Notes under the pieces: model-generated
Told to the model about the DNA's origin: nothing
Databases searched by the model: none
The model's input: only the letters and a program-made list of their open reading frames with translations
Shown: positions 1 to 13,550 of the stretch, one piece after another
Layout: the number at the start of each line of letters is the position of its first letter
How positions within the stretch are numbered: position 1 is the first letter of the stretch
Origin: Chlorokybus atmophyticus
Lineage: Eukaryota > Plantae > Mesostigma and Chlorokybus algae
DNA: 64,000 nucleotides
Assembly (NCBI GenBank): GCA_009103225.1
Contig: RHPI01002264.1
Span: forward strand, 111,644 to 175,643
Reading direction: 5' to 3'
Translations under genes and position numbers: made by a program

Positions 1-335
1 CCTGCGTGCGTGCGTGTACACGTTGGCGCGTGTTCCTGTGTCCACGCGCTCCCGTATGGGAGGTGGGTGTTGTGGGCGGGCGGGCAAATCATACATTGCC
101 CACTACGTACCTGCAATCAACCATGCTGTAGATACATTGTTTGTGTCTACAGCGTGTTCATCTGCATGTAGTGGGCGTTATCCTCATGTACATAATGCCT
201 AACATGTGCAGTCTGCAGCTGTGTGTACATTGCGTACATACGCGCTAGACTTATATACATGACTCTTGTGAGCAAGTTCATGCATACACACAGCAACCTT
301 CAAAGCTGATCTTTCGCGCTGCTCTGCGTGTGCAG

Positions 336-515
336 TTTCTGCTGGTTGACAAGACTCTCCGACCCATCGCGGGCATATTCTGGCTGTTCATGACGGGCAT
401 CAACTACCAGGCCCTCTGCGCCAAGTCCAACGCCATCAAGTGCGCGGCATCCATCGCCAGGTCTGACAACATATGCAACAACATTGCTTGGGTTGTTTTT
501 ATATTTTATTGCTGA
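336..515 (+). CDS. Probable 3' exon of a gene that begins upstream of the window; product unknown
   Basis: Acceptor gtgtgcag| at 335, then a GC-rich codon-like stretch FLLVDKTLRPIAGIFWLFMTGINYQALCAKSNAIKCAASIAR; no family recognised. Confidence 0.35.
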   Translation, partial: FLLVDKTLRPIAGIFWLFMTGINYQALCAKSNAIKCAASIARSDNICNNIAWVVFIFYC

Positions 516-1048
516 ATCACCCAACTTGGCAGTGCTGCTGTGGTGGTCACGTGGTTTGTTGCGTGTGAGCGGCCGTGGGAGCAAAGGAAAGACATGGACC
601 CCTCAACACTGTACATCAACAGTAAGCACTCAACACAAGTGTGGGTCACAGCTGTTGTGCCATTTGCGTGTACATGTTTGAACATGTGATCAACACAGAT
701 TCTGTTGTGCAGTTGCGCTGCACTCTTATGCACTCCTTCTCAACATTGCGAGCACGGTTGCTTCAGCCATCGGCGTGCATCGCGCGCACCAGCACTGGCA
801 CAAAGCGCTCGCAGACATTCAGAATAGCAAATCAACTTGAATGTTGGGTAGGCACAATTCCTATGTTGTTACTGTACTCGCACTCTTACCCCTGTATATT
901 ATCAGCTTGGCCCGTATCGCGTTTCACACTTATGGTGCGCCTGCTATGTGGCAAGAATGTTTGTGCACTAGGTGCTATTGCTACATACGCAGCAAAAATA
1001 GTAACTAAAGTTACTCTAGATAGTCATACTAGCTAGTTTACTGTTGTG

Positions 1049-2652
1049 TCAATACCGGCTTAATGAAGGCAGTGGTCTGCACTTGAGTTTGCTCTCGTCG
1101 GGCATAAGCACGCTTATGTAACCATGCTTGGGAGCCAACTGGTTGAATGACGCCACGTACACGTTCCCATAGTGGTCCTGCTCCAACGCAATGGGGTCCA
1201 AGAAATTTGATGCAACGGTACCCTGCAATAGTGGTATCAAGTCAGACACATGTCCACATGCGCATGCCAACATGTCTGCAAGACAAAAGTCAAGCACTCA
1301 CATTGTTGTACGCTTGGCTGCCGTCGCTGTTGAAGCTTATTCTGATGATGTTGTTGCCAACAGAGAATGCGGCTGCGAGAAGATGTCCTCTCAAACGCCC
1401 GCAAAACCTACCCGAACGGTACACCAACATGCCATCGGCCGACACGTGTACCCCGAGCGGCAACAACGGAGGCTCGTAGTTCCTGCACAACGCCACACAT
1501 TAGCCACATACCCACACTCGTTTCATCACGTGTCATGTACACACACCCACCTTGGCGTAGGCTGGCCTTGGAAACTGCCGTCCCCAAACACGCACTCTTT
1601 GCGCGCGGGGTTAGGATGGCCGTAGTATTTGCCCCTCTTGATGTTGTACAACACATCGCTCTGAGTGCCAGGGTCCAACGGGCTCACCGGCAGCGTGTAC
1701 TCAACAAGACCCTGTGCATGAGAGTGCATCAGACACATTCAGTCCTCATGTTGTCTTACCTAGATACAAACCACACACACACACACATACACACATCTCT
1801 TTTCACCTGGCATGTGCCCGGCGCTCGCACTATCGGCACAGTTGCCGGCAGGCCAACGCCATTATCAGCGCCATAGTATGTCTTATGCACCGGATGCCAC
1901 GCAAAGTCATACATGTTGCGAATGCCCGTCGCGTACGGCCGCACAGCACACATGGACGGGTAACCCGGGTATGCCCATCCCGTTGTCTGTGACACAAAAG
2001 AGTGGTTGGTAACAACATCCTGTTGTTGGTGTTGTTAATGATGTGGTTGTTGTGCTTACTGCTGAGACGAGTGTAGCGCATCGGCCGTGGATATCAGGCT
2101 TCCACCATTTGGCTAGCACGTCGGCTTGAAACAGCCCAGCTGTCAACATCTGATATACACACAGGCACACAAGTGGTAAGTCCATCTGTTGAGCTGTTGT
2201 TATTGTGGACTGTATGTATGTTCTTTGCACGACAACTGCACCTGCTCTCCGCGTATACCGAACACGCCTCCAAGTGTACTCGGGCTGCCGCCTTCGGTGT
2301 TGGACCCGACAGAGAAGAACAGCACGCCGTTGGGAGCAAAGTGGAGGCTGGAGAAATGCACATACAAAATGACCCAGTTGTTGTTGATTCCATTGTAAGG
2401 TAATGCACACACATGCACATGAGAGCATACACCCACATACATGCGCACCAATCCACGCACGCCCACGCACACACAGGCACATGCGCACGTACACACCTGT
2501 TTATAGCGTGGTTGGCCATGCTGCGACCAATGCCAGTAATGACATCCACGCGCGTGGCAAAATTACGCCCACTCAGCCTTGATATCTTCCCGGAGTTCAC
2601 CAGTCCAGGACTTCCATACCCGCCATCACCCTGTCCACACAACACACATTCA

Positions 2653-2688
<36 letters not shown>

Positions 2689-4618
2689 CATCATGTCCTC
2701 CCCGCACTAACGTGTCGGCACATACACACCCATACACACACGTACCGTAGAGTGCGAGACCCACAACACGATGTTGTTGGCGCTGCTGCGCGGGTCCACA
2801 GCGATGCCGAGGGTGAGTTGCCCGACGAGCGTGTCGTATCGCTTCAACCAGAAGATCTTCCCGTTGCGATCGAAGCGCATGGCGTAGATGTAACCGCCGT
2901 ACGACGTCACGTACATCACGCCGTTGGGAGCCAACACCATGTTGGTTGGGGAAAAAGAAAGCTGCAGGCATGTGTTCGTGTGAGTGGGTGTGCATGCGAG
3001 TGTACGTGGTCGCACACGCGTGTCTTTTCGTATGAACGGGCGTGACTATGTGCACATGCGCGCAAGCGCGCGCGCACACGCATGCACAGGCTGGGCTCAT
3101 GTGTGTATATGTGCATGTGCAGATCTGAGCCCCATTATATATCCCATCTCACCAACACTATCAACACCCGCACGCACCTTGTTGTCCACGCGTTTCCAGC
3201 GTATGCCATCGGGTGTCTCTTCCACCTTCTGGCCCTGTTCGGCCCACGCGGCAAACGACTGGAAGTTGTATATGACAGTGCCGGGACCGTTGACTTGCGA
3301 CGCAAACACGCCCGCGAATGTGGTTGTGCCCGCGCGGGGATCGATGGTCGCGGCGTCAAAGGAAAACACCTCGTTGGGAACTGAGAGTGGTGGAGCCATA
3401 TTGTCAGCATGTGAGTATGTGTGGTACGCGTGTGTGTGTGTGTGTGTGTGTGTGCATGTGTGCGAGCGTGTGCACGCATGCGTGTGCGAGTGTGCATATG
3501 TGTTCTTGCGCTCTGTATGCGTGCTTGGGCTCACTGTGTTGAGTGAGGCAACATGTATACCTTTTATAGAGCCAACTAATATGGGTTTTGAGCCGCTCTC
3601 GAGCCAGTAGTAACCCACGGCTGTCGCCTGATACGGGTTCAACTCCATCTGGTGACAACCAACACAACATTCATACAAGTGCGACAACAACAACAACAAC
3701 AACAACAACAACAGGCTCCCTACCTGTAGTGCGAGTGATGGATACGGTGCGGGTGGGAGCTTGGCCATGGCGACTGCTGTTCGGCTGCCAGCTGTCTCGG
3801 CTAGTAGTTGTATGTACACGCCGTCGTGCATGCCAATGAGGCAGAGCTTGACGTAGTTGTCCTCGTCGCCGCCGGCCCACAAACCCGCCTGCTCGAAATC
3901 GGCCCCCGTCGGAGGAGATAACAACACCGTCCTCAGCATGTAGGGCGTCGATGGAGGCGGCAAACCAACACCGATCCTGTTCAGTTGACTGAAGAGAGAG
4001 ACGGGCATCAGCATGGTTGTACGCACATGTGCACAGATGTACACATGCACACGCACGCACACACCCACACAAACACGCATGTACACATGCCTACACACAC
4101 CTGCACACGTATACCTGCATGCGCAAGCACATACGCAGACACGCATGCGCATGCACACAACATGTGCATGTGTCTCACTTATTGCGGCCTTCAAAGCAGT
4201 TTCCTGGCGTGGCGATGATGGCCAGGTAGCCTTGTGTGTTGTCAACACGGAGGTCACCGGGGACATACCCGTTATCCGTGGCCAATGAGGACGCCTCGCA
4301 GTAGGTGAAACCTGTTGGCACGCCGTACACGTCCACCACACCCAACCCATACTGCACACACATGCGTGAGCAAGTCACCCATCAACAACATCGAAACCAT
4401 CAACATCATCAGCATTGCCTTACTTGTGGTTCGTTCCATTTAAGGTTGACTGGTAGGTCCACCATCACACGCGGGCATATGGATGTTGGGAACATCACTG
4501 GCGGGCAGTCTGCAGGCTCCAGCGGCCTCAACGGCTCCGCCCATGCCGTGGACCACAGCGACGACGACAACAGCAACAACAAGCAGGATGACAACAACGA
4601 CGAGTGAAACCGCAACAT
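1049..4618 (-). CDS. Secreted protein: signal peptide, ConA/lectin-like beta-sandwich, and PQQ-dependent sugar dehydrogenase (GSDH-like) beta-propeller; 13 exons, about 721 aa
   Basis: Hand-spliced exons 4618-4424, 4351-4179, 3988-3724, 3648-3561, 3380-3178, 2961-2746, 2630-2497, 2347-2242, 2149-2060, 1986-1807, 1711-1551, 1482-1302, 1222-1049 are all GT-AG and sum to 2166 nt in one open frame. Hydrophobic N-terminus MLRFHSSLLSSCLLLLLSSSLWSTAWA; motifs DFEQAGLWAGGDEDNYVKL, LGIAVDP, HAINSLHFAPNGVLFFSVGSNT, YATGIRNMYDFAWH, GKYYGHPNPARKE. Confidence 0.8.
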
Positions 4619-5584
4619 CGATCTGCACAGAGACAAGCTGCTGCTGGCGCAACAACTATGCGTCTTCATCACCTGCATGCATGAGAAGTGGGTGGGTGGG
4701 TGGGTGGGTGGGTATACTAGGTGTTTCAAAGTGCATACAAGATGAAAGCCTGATGCATGCACTCAGATCACTGCTTACCAGGCCAGGCCTGGCGGCGGCG
4801 GAGGTGCGCATGCAAGTAGAAGAAATGATGCACGTCCACCCCTGACTTCGTCTCCCTATGCCAGCAAGCCAACCAGCAAGCCAAACTATGCTACCAATCT
4901 ATGCCCGCCGCCGCTGCAGAGGAGTGATTGCCACAGACGATGAGTCAGGCCAGCAGCAGGGGCGGCGGCGGTGGGCGGGCACCTAGTAGAGACACGTGGC
5001 TCAATGCGGTGTTCTGGCCTGGCCTGGTCGATGTGGACATTGTCTCATTATTGGCCGTTCATAAAAGAGCCGTTAGCCAGCAGACGTAAGGAAGCTTTGC
5101 CTAACGTTCTTATACGCAATTCGCAACATGCGATGCACACTGTGGCATCAACAACAACGCCACGGTCGGGCAGTGTTACGACTGGCCTTATCCGAAGCTT
5201 GTGACCGTTTCGGTCGATCAAGCGTTACGCCAACAAAAGCGTCACGATGCGTAACGCTCCGACCGTAGCGCTGTTACGTAGCCAACTTTCGTACGAAGAT
5301 CCCAGCAATCGCATAGCTAGCATAGCATACTTGAAGACCACATGATTTACAGGTGGAAGGGAATGTGGTGGTCTGGTCGAAGTTGAACACCAGACTCTTA
5401 TACTTGAATAACGCAGTACAATCTCTGCCCACAAATGGCAGCGATTACACATGTACATGCCATCATGGCATGAGCGAGTGCCGACACACGGTTATTTGAT
5501 TCAAGTATTGGCTAGCGGCCACAGATGCAGCAGTTTATGCCGGCCAACGTCCTTCAGCACAAGTATAGTACGGCGTAATGTACG

Positions 5585-6125
5585 AGCAGCTGCTCATTGC
5601 TTAATAAACACGCTATCTTCGCAATAAACCGTCTGCATGCGCATATGCATGCAGCATGATTGCTCGCATGCACAAGTGTACAATGACAAATATTGCATAT
5701 GCAATGCATGTTAATGTTACATATGTGTATGTATTTATAAGTGTGAGGAGATATTAGTGGGTTAGCATGCGAAGTCGAACATTAACATCTCATCAAGATC
5801 TTCTGGTTAAATAATGCATAGCACAATTTATGCAAAAACAATCAGCGTGTACACAAGTGTATGCCATCATGGCATGAGCTAATGCTGACACATGGTTTTT
5901 CAGTTTGATTGCTGGTTGTGTCGATCATCATACGCATCAGCTTAACAAATAAAGTATGCTTGCAAACAGTTATCAGCTTGTATATAACAAGAGGTATCCT
6001 ATGAGCAGCTACTTGTTGCTTAATCAACACACCATCTGCACAAAACCCATGCACACATATGCATGCATCATTACTCGCATGCACAAGCGCACATTAGCAA
6101 CCATTGCATATGCACAATAGACTAT
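5585..6125 (+). repeat. Degenerate direct repeat pair (about 5585-5710 and 6001-6125)
   Basis: gagcagct.c.t.ttgcttaat.aacac.c.atct...gcatatgcatgca..att.ctcgcatgcacaag...attgcatatgca occurs twice. Confidence 0.55.
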
Positions 6126-7678
6126 AAATATAAATAATATATTTATATATACGAATGTGATTAACATATCCTCGCAGGGGTTATTACATGTGCTCATACA
6201 TTAATCATGCATGTACTGCTTGTTATGATACTGAACGTTTAATGCATGATTGCTTGGCGCTTACTTTTCTTATGTCATGTGTGTAGATGTGTGTGTATGC
6301 ATGTGGCAACCTTTTTAATCTCAAGTGTTTGTTGCTCGTAAAATTGATATTATACAGTCCATAACACATTAAGCCCAGCTTTGTTTCATGCCCCTCTCGA
6401 AGGGGCACGGCACAAAGTTCGCAATTCATGCAATAAATGTCAGATTGTACAATCTAATTGCATGAAGTCATTATGCTTATCAATAAGTTCGTGCGGGCAG
6501 AAAGTGCGGGTAGAATCAGATTTTCCACCAAGCATACGAAAGCGCGCCTCTATTGCGCGCGGCTCCAACGGAACACGTGAGCTGTCACGAAGTTCAGACG
6601 CTAAAACAAAAATCATTTCAAAAATAAAAGCTCTTTTTTTGCTGAGGCAGCAAGTAGATTGTAATAAAGGCCCACAACATGGCGTATATCACAATTATTG
6701 CGGAAGAGTGAGTGAGATTGTTATATATCGGCATTCGACACTCGTGTCCCGAAACCTTTAAAAAGCATATGCGCATACCTTCAAAGTGCCATTTGTCGCT
6801 CCACGCGCACCGGTCTTACACATTGTGCACGCCATTTGATACAGTCTTTACCGAATGGAGCACCATATACAAGACCAGTGCTCATCACAACTTATGCAAA
6901 ACATAAGCGCTAATTGCATGCTACGTACTAACATGCATATACATATACGTATATATATACATATACATATATATATACAATCGGAAGCAAAAATCATTAG
7001 AGGTGATTATTTTATTTGTAATTATGTAATGCTTACTATAGGTTACATGTAGAATGCATGTTTGCTTGGCGCTAATTTTATGTCTTGTGGCTTGAGAAAG
7101 TTCAATTGTGAATTATTGCTTGTACAATCATTGGCTCTAAGTTATGCCCTTTCAATTTGCAAGGTCACTACTTCTGTTAACAAGCAGCAGCACGGGCATA
7201 AGTTGCAATTGATGTTCATACGCATGTGCGTGCGTGCAAATATTGCAACATGTAGATGGGCTTTATATATAAAGGAAAATTGCAGTGCAAGGCCCTTTGT
7301 TTATTTGGGCCCCGACTAATATAATTCTTGTCGTAATTACATCAGATAAACGCCCACAAGATGGCGACCATTTCAGAATCACCGTGCAGCAATAGCTGCA
7401 CGGTGATTTGTCTCATATTGATAGCGTCAATTTTCGCAACCTCCCAAACATGGCAGACCTTTATAGCTTCAGAGTTGCACTGGTCACTAACTTGAGTGGC
7501 ACTTCAACATATCGTGTGCACTATGTGAAACATTTGTGAGAAACACTATGATTATAAACGCGATATTTCATGACATGCATGCAAATACCACTTGTGCTTA
7601 CAAACCGCTTATTGGTGTACGTAAAAGTTACACTGTAACATTTACTACAGTGTGAGCCCTCCCCCTTGTTTGAGTCCC

Positions 7679-7826
7679 NNNNNNNNNNNNNNNNNNNNNN
7701 NNNNNNNNNNNNNNNNNNNNNNNNNNNNNNNNNNNNNNNNNNNNNNNNNNNNNNNNNNNNNNNNNNNNNNNNNNNNNNNNNNNNNNNNNNNNNNNNNNNN
7801 NNNNNNNNNNNNNNNNNNNNNNNNNN
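7679..7826. other. Assembly gap (N run) flanked by poly-C
   Basis: 148 N bases. Confidence 0.99.
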
Positions 7827-10800
7827 CCCCCCCCCCCCCCCCTCGGGCAAATAAACCTCCTTAGCAAATTCATGCGAAATTTATAATTGCACTTTTCGGT
7901 TTTTCTCCCTACAAGTGCGCAGCTCTTTCTCCAAAGGAGTGCAGGGCCTGCTTTACACAAGCACATGCATAAACTTAAACATGCACATGCGTGTATATTG
8001 GCACGACTTGATGCCTTGCAGATTTACCCATTTTTGCAAACCCATTACTAGTATGTATAGTATGGAAGGTTGCTTGGATGGATATCAGCGCCTCTGGATG
8101 CCACCCATGATTGATGCTTTAATAAAATGTAAAAAGGTTACATGAAGCGTTATTAATTATGAAGGTCTCTTTAGTGCTGATGGTTAGCAAGTGCAGCACT
8201 ACAAAACTTTGAACTTATTGCAAGTAACAAGTTTATGCCACATTTCCTTATACACAGCAAATTTCGTGCTTACGTAGTGCACGACCCCACTGATGATTCA
8301 AGCTTGGTTGGAGGAAGCGGTGCTGTCCTCACAACTTTTAAACCAACCTGCTGGTAGGTTGTCGTTAGTTTAAGGCTTGCTGTTGTACTTGTCTTACAAT
8401 ATGCTATAAGGTGCTGCGGTTGATCCGCAAGATTATGTCACCTAATCTAGCTGATTGAGCGATTGCGAGCGACAATGTGATATTCTAAAAGTCCGCATTG
8501 ATCAAAAAGGTAATTCAGCTTCAAGTACAACAATTTGCACGCTAATTAGCGAAATCCGTGACGTGTTTGTGTTCCTTTTAAAGAACGCCAACACATTTAT
8601 CCGATAAACGTGTTGAGCCGTTGAGTCATTGCCTTGAGTCGTTGAGGTGAGTGATAGTTAGACTTACAATGCTGTTTACCGCAGGCTTTAGCAAGTGTGC
8701 ATAGCTAAACAAATTTTGGCTTAACAGTGTTAACAAAATGCTTTTCTTATGCAGGTTTGTGGCATGGATCATCACGGGCAAGCAGGCTATTGTGATTGGG
8801 AAGGACGTTAGAGCCGATGCGAAAGCTGGCTTGTAATTACACGCATGGCTTGTAACTATGCAAGTACAAAGAAATGGCACCTTAAGTTGAAAACACGCAC
8901 AACACGACAGTGCTGACAGTATGTGTCCAAAGAATAAAGAGATTTTCACCACTTCAACCCCCACCTCATCGTGAGGTTAGCCTATATAGGGGTGAAAGGG
9001 AGGGCCCAATGCCACCTCAACCTTAACCCCAAGCAACCTGCATTAAATACAACTTGTGCAAGCTGATGCACCCATGTACTTGTTACCCGCTCATGTGACT
9101 CATTTTTGTGATGACTCACTTATGATGTTGAGTAAAAAGTTGTATATTAGCAAGGGTTTTACATCCAACACATGCAAACAGCAACTCATATGATTATAAG
9201 TCTCATAAGTAGTTACATGTACTACATAGTATACAAAACTGCATACAATGTTAACTTTTAACAACTTTTAACAAGTATAATACAGCAACGAATGTAATAT
9301 TTCACACGCGTACAATATGCTGAATGCCGTATCAAACTTTAGAAAACATGGGACATTCTTTTTATATCTTTGACACTTCAATTTGGCATTACTTTGATGT
9401 CAGATAGTCGCACACCAAGCATGAGCGCATGCACCCGCAGCAAATGCACGAAAAGCGGCCATTGCATAAAAATAGAAGGGCTTGCTAACTTAACAGACCA
9501 CATTAATGGCGACGTTGAGGTGCAGATTATGGCTGTGCATTTCAACCGTTAAGCTCTGCGTTGTCATCTTTCAGCAACCACAATTGTGCCGTTATTACTA
9601 ATATAGTTGTTCAACATCGTGTTCAGTGTAAATGCGAGCTTTCAGTGTCGATGTGCTGCCCTTGCTAGATCAAGCACGCTTCTACAAAATAGTGGTTGAG
9701 TGACACCTTACAGAAGGCGGTGTTGTGAGCAAAAGGGTTACGATCAGGTTTGTCCCACATGCGCAAAATAACTCCATAGCCATTCCGTTTCGAGAACGCA
9801 ATGTTAATTTGCTTCAGGAGAGGTTAATTTCAGAGACATCATACTCTGATAAATGCTATCGGATTTGCAAAAAGGCTTCAATTGTGCAATGTTGCGTGCT
9901 AAACCCTCAACAGCAATGGTCAGCAGATGGATGTTGTCGTGAACAACGACGCGGATGTAAAAGCCACATCATATGACGAACTCGACACAAGGTAGAACCC
10001 CCATCAGCCGAAGGTAAAAGATGTATGACATTAGTGTACAACAGCAAGCAGTGACGGGGAGTCATGATTAAGCACACGACAAGTAAAACATTCTACTTTC
10101 AACCTTATTAGCATCATTAACCAAAACTTTAATCCTAACCATCTACTGGTAAAGTTAACCTTAACCCAAATTCAGCCTAAACCCCAACCTCATTACAATC
10201 ATGCACAACCTAACCTTATAAGGTTAGGCATGATTGTGTTTAGGGCATAAACCCAGCGCTGGGTTGATTAATAAATAAACCCAGTCCCAACCCCAATTGC
10301 AACCCCAACTTCAACTTCAACCCGCACAGCCAGCCTTAATCTCCACCCTTACGGGCAATGTTAACTTTAGCCTTCAAGGCCTTTAAGTTGACATCAAATT
10401 TAACGTCAACCTCAACCTTCATACGACATGTGTAAGATGTTATACTGTGTTGTAATACAAGTCTTTCAATACGGTATGCGTAGCTGCATTGCGTGCCTTA
10501 TATAAATACACTCATGCTTTTGTATTCTTAAAGTTAACATGATCATGCATGAGACATGGTCATTTTATACATACATGCATATGCATACACCCTGCAACAT
10601 ACATTTGTACAATACATGCGAAAATAACGACCTCATGGTGCGTAGTGCATCTTCTTGTTTGGATACCACCATATCAGTTGCGTCTAAGGCTAAGCCCATG
10701 CACGTTGCGAAACATAACAGGCTGATCAACAGATTGCATTTCCCTTGCACAAGCTTCATGTCGCATGTGATTAGTGTTGAGGTTATGACAACTGTGTGGT

Positions 10801-11129
10801 TAATGGCATGAGAGTAACGAGTCTAAAACCGATATCCTCGCTTCGATGTCACAGTATGCAATGGGGTAGACATGCAGTGTACTTAAAAGCGCATATATTA
10901 TAGTCGTCAACAGGATTTACAACACAACATTATGCAAAAAGGGAGTCTACTTGCCCAAGCATGCATCCTGGAAATAAGCATGCTCTTATAACTTGATTAA
11001 ATAGACATTGACAACAACACTTCTGTTTTTAAGCATGGATTATACACTATATATAACGTTTATGTTTCATAACATATTGCTAACAGCATTGGAGTAAGTG
11101 TATTAATATGTGTTTGCAAACACAACTGT

Positions 11130-12870
11130 TAAGATAAGATTCCGAAAGCGATATAATAACATTGGTGTTGATCATCGGATAGGTAACAGCTTTGCTTTAG
11201 CAATGTTTGGAAACACTTAAGCAACCAGCAAGCGTTGTTGTGTGCCTCACAACTGCTAGTAATAGTGCACATCAGCATCGTGACAAGTTGAGAATTTAAG
11301 TTGGAGGGAAGGCACTTTATTGATGCAACACACTCAAGTTGAAGTGCACACTGCCAGTGGCAGTGTATTGCATATACCACAAGGCAGGGCCGGGACCAAG
11401 TCACTTGCACGACGCTGGTAGCCTACCAAGGCACCAAGGCTGCTCTGAGGGATGACAACATGAAAACAACTACATGTTTGCCTACTAGTAGTCCACGTCC
11501 TCCATGCCACCTCTCTCACCAAGTGGTTCCAGCGCACTGGAGCGCCCCCCATCCGGACTCAGCCGCTTTTTGGCGCGCACAGTCAGCGCATTCTTTCGGC
11601 TATTGGAAACTAGATTCTTCCTTTGCAAGTGCGCCTCCATCTGCCAACATGCAAGTTGTTAGCATTGTGAATGTGTGCATAGTGGTGTGCATAAATACAA
11701 AGTTACCACAATCTCTAAGATTGTGGTAAGATTGTTGCGGGCAGCAAATGCAATGTCCAACGCACTGCATGGGATCTCGTTGTCCACCACCTTCATCCCA
11801 TAAGCATAGGTGCCCATGAGGATCTGCAGAAATACTAGATTGCACCATTCATCATTTAGGGTCGTCCGATGCTTGTCATCCTCTAAGTGCTGCGACAGTG
11901 GCTGCATTGCAACAAGTCCACAAACTCCCTCTGCCTTGAGAACTTGCTCCTTGCCATAAGCTGTTGTGCGGGGACGGCAAGCCTCATTTCAATTCAGCCG
12001 CATCCAGTGTCTCAACAATGTAAGGCACTCTGATGGTTGGGCGAGCACACTGTACCTTTGTTGAGCACTCCAGCTTGGACATCAAAGCAATTATGATGTC
12101 CTTGTGAAATTAGCGGGCGCATTAGGTGCCGACTATGCTGATGCGGCACCAGCGTGTGCTTGCTGATTGGCTTGGTGACTCGTTTATGGACAAACAAGTG
12201 TGTTCATGTGCTATGCTTGCAATGATATGGCGTTCAACACATTGTACATGTCGCTGCATGATTAACAACATCTTGGCGTGCGATCTCATGAGAGTTCGCA
12301 TGTCTTTGATCTTCGTTCACATGGCGTTTGCTTCCTTGTTAGCCTTGTTGTTGACTGTCAGTGCCCTAGAGCCTACAACGCACATGGGTGGTGTGTAATG
12401 CAGCAGAAGTGCTGTGCTCAGTCACATGCATATGTACGCATGTTAGTACACATTGCAGCGCACCGGCGGCATGCACGCTTCTTTGCTGGTGCTTTGCGCT
12501 TGCCTTCACCACGCGCGCGTGACGTGCACTTGCATTTGCCACAAGCTCCCTTCTCCTCAAACTCATCATCTTCATTAGTGTTATCATCGTCATCGTCTTC
12601 TTCATTGTCATCCTCACCCTCAGTGTCGTCATTGTTGGCCTCTTCTGCAATTGCCACGGCAACTGCCAACGTAGTAGCGACGCATGCCAGTGAAATGCTT
12701 ATGTGTTCAGTGTTGTGCAATCTGAATACCTAAAATGCTTGCTTTACCTTTTCCCGGCCTTGTGAATTTGTTCCAGCTCCGCTTCAAGTTCAAGTTTTTC
12801 CAAGTCCACCGATTCATCGTCGTCACTGGGACCGAAAGGAGTATGGTCTGATCGGGAAGTTGTTAAGTCT
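11130..12870 (-). pseudogene. Decayed intron-containing gene of unknown identity (acidic tract plus degenerate Zn-knuckle-like motif), truncated upstream by the LTR at 12883
   Basis: Exon-like pieces DHTPFGPSDDDESVDLEKLELEAELEQIHKAGK, EEANNDDTEGEDDNEEDDDD...KRACRRCAAMCTNMRT, ILMGTYAYGMKVVDNEIPCSALDIAFAARNNL with GT-AG borders, interrupted by stops. Confidence 0.4.
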
Positions 12871-12882
12871 GCACACGTAAAT

Positions 12883-13550
12883 TGTGACGGTGCTTGTGCC
12901 TTGTCACCTATAAGTTGGTCCAATCAACAACCCTCTTACCAAGCTACGGTATTCACACCGGAACCTTGCCCCCTCTGCCAAGCACACGCGCGCCCCGCCA
13001 CTCACGTACGCACGCGCGCGCGCTCGAAGCTACACACCGACTTGTGTAGCGCTTTGGATCGTCACACAAGCAAGTAAACACCAGTGGACACACGCTAGCA
13101 ACCCCTGCCAACCACCACCAGGCTTGCACACAAGAAACTAGGGAGCTAAAGGTTGTGTTGCACATTGTAGAATGTCGCTTCTATACCTATCAGTCTGCAC
13201 ATGCTATTGTCTAGACAATTCCCGTGCTACACAAAACCAGATGCTAAGATGCTATTGCAGAACCTTGTAGTATACTTTTGGACCTTTCTTACGCACCAAA
13301 GATCTCCTGATTAGGTGCTCATATGGTTAAGTGATACTACTTGGCGCCAGGCCCTTCCAGAAATCTGGTTGAGCCCTTCTCGACTGGCCCTCCGTTTTCT
13401 GGCACCTTCCGGACTGGTCCTGGGGCCCCGGTCGATATCCGCGGCAGACTCATAGCTCGCCGATATCTGCCACAAGTCATGAGAACGTGGTGTTCGATAA
13501 ATGGTCCACAAAAGGTCATAAAGTCATGAAACTTGGCCTTGACCGTTACA
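12883..13550 (-). repeat. 3' LTR of element A (about 668 bp)
   Basis: On the minus strand it starts TGTAAC right after the PPT and ends ...ggcacaagcaccgtcaca, resembling the element B LTR end agcacgagcatcgttaca. Confidence 0.7.

Noticed and set aside
1907-4359. Many Cys/Val/His/Thr-rich ORFs in the ORF track
   Set aside because: Products of CA/TG-rich introns read through in various frames
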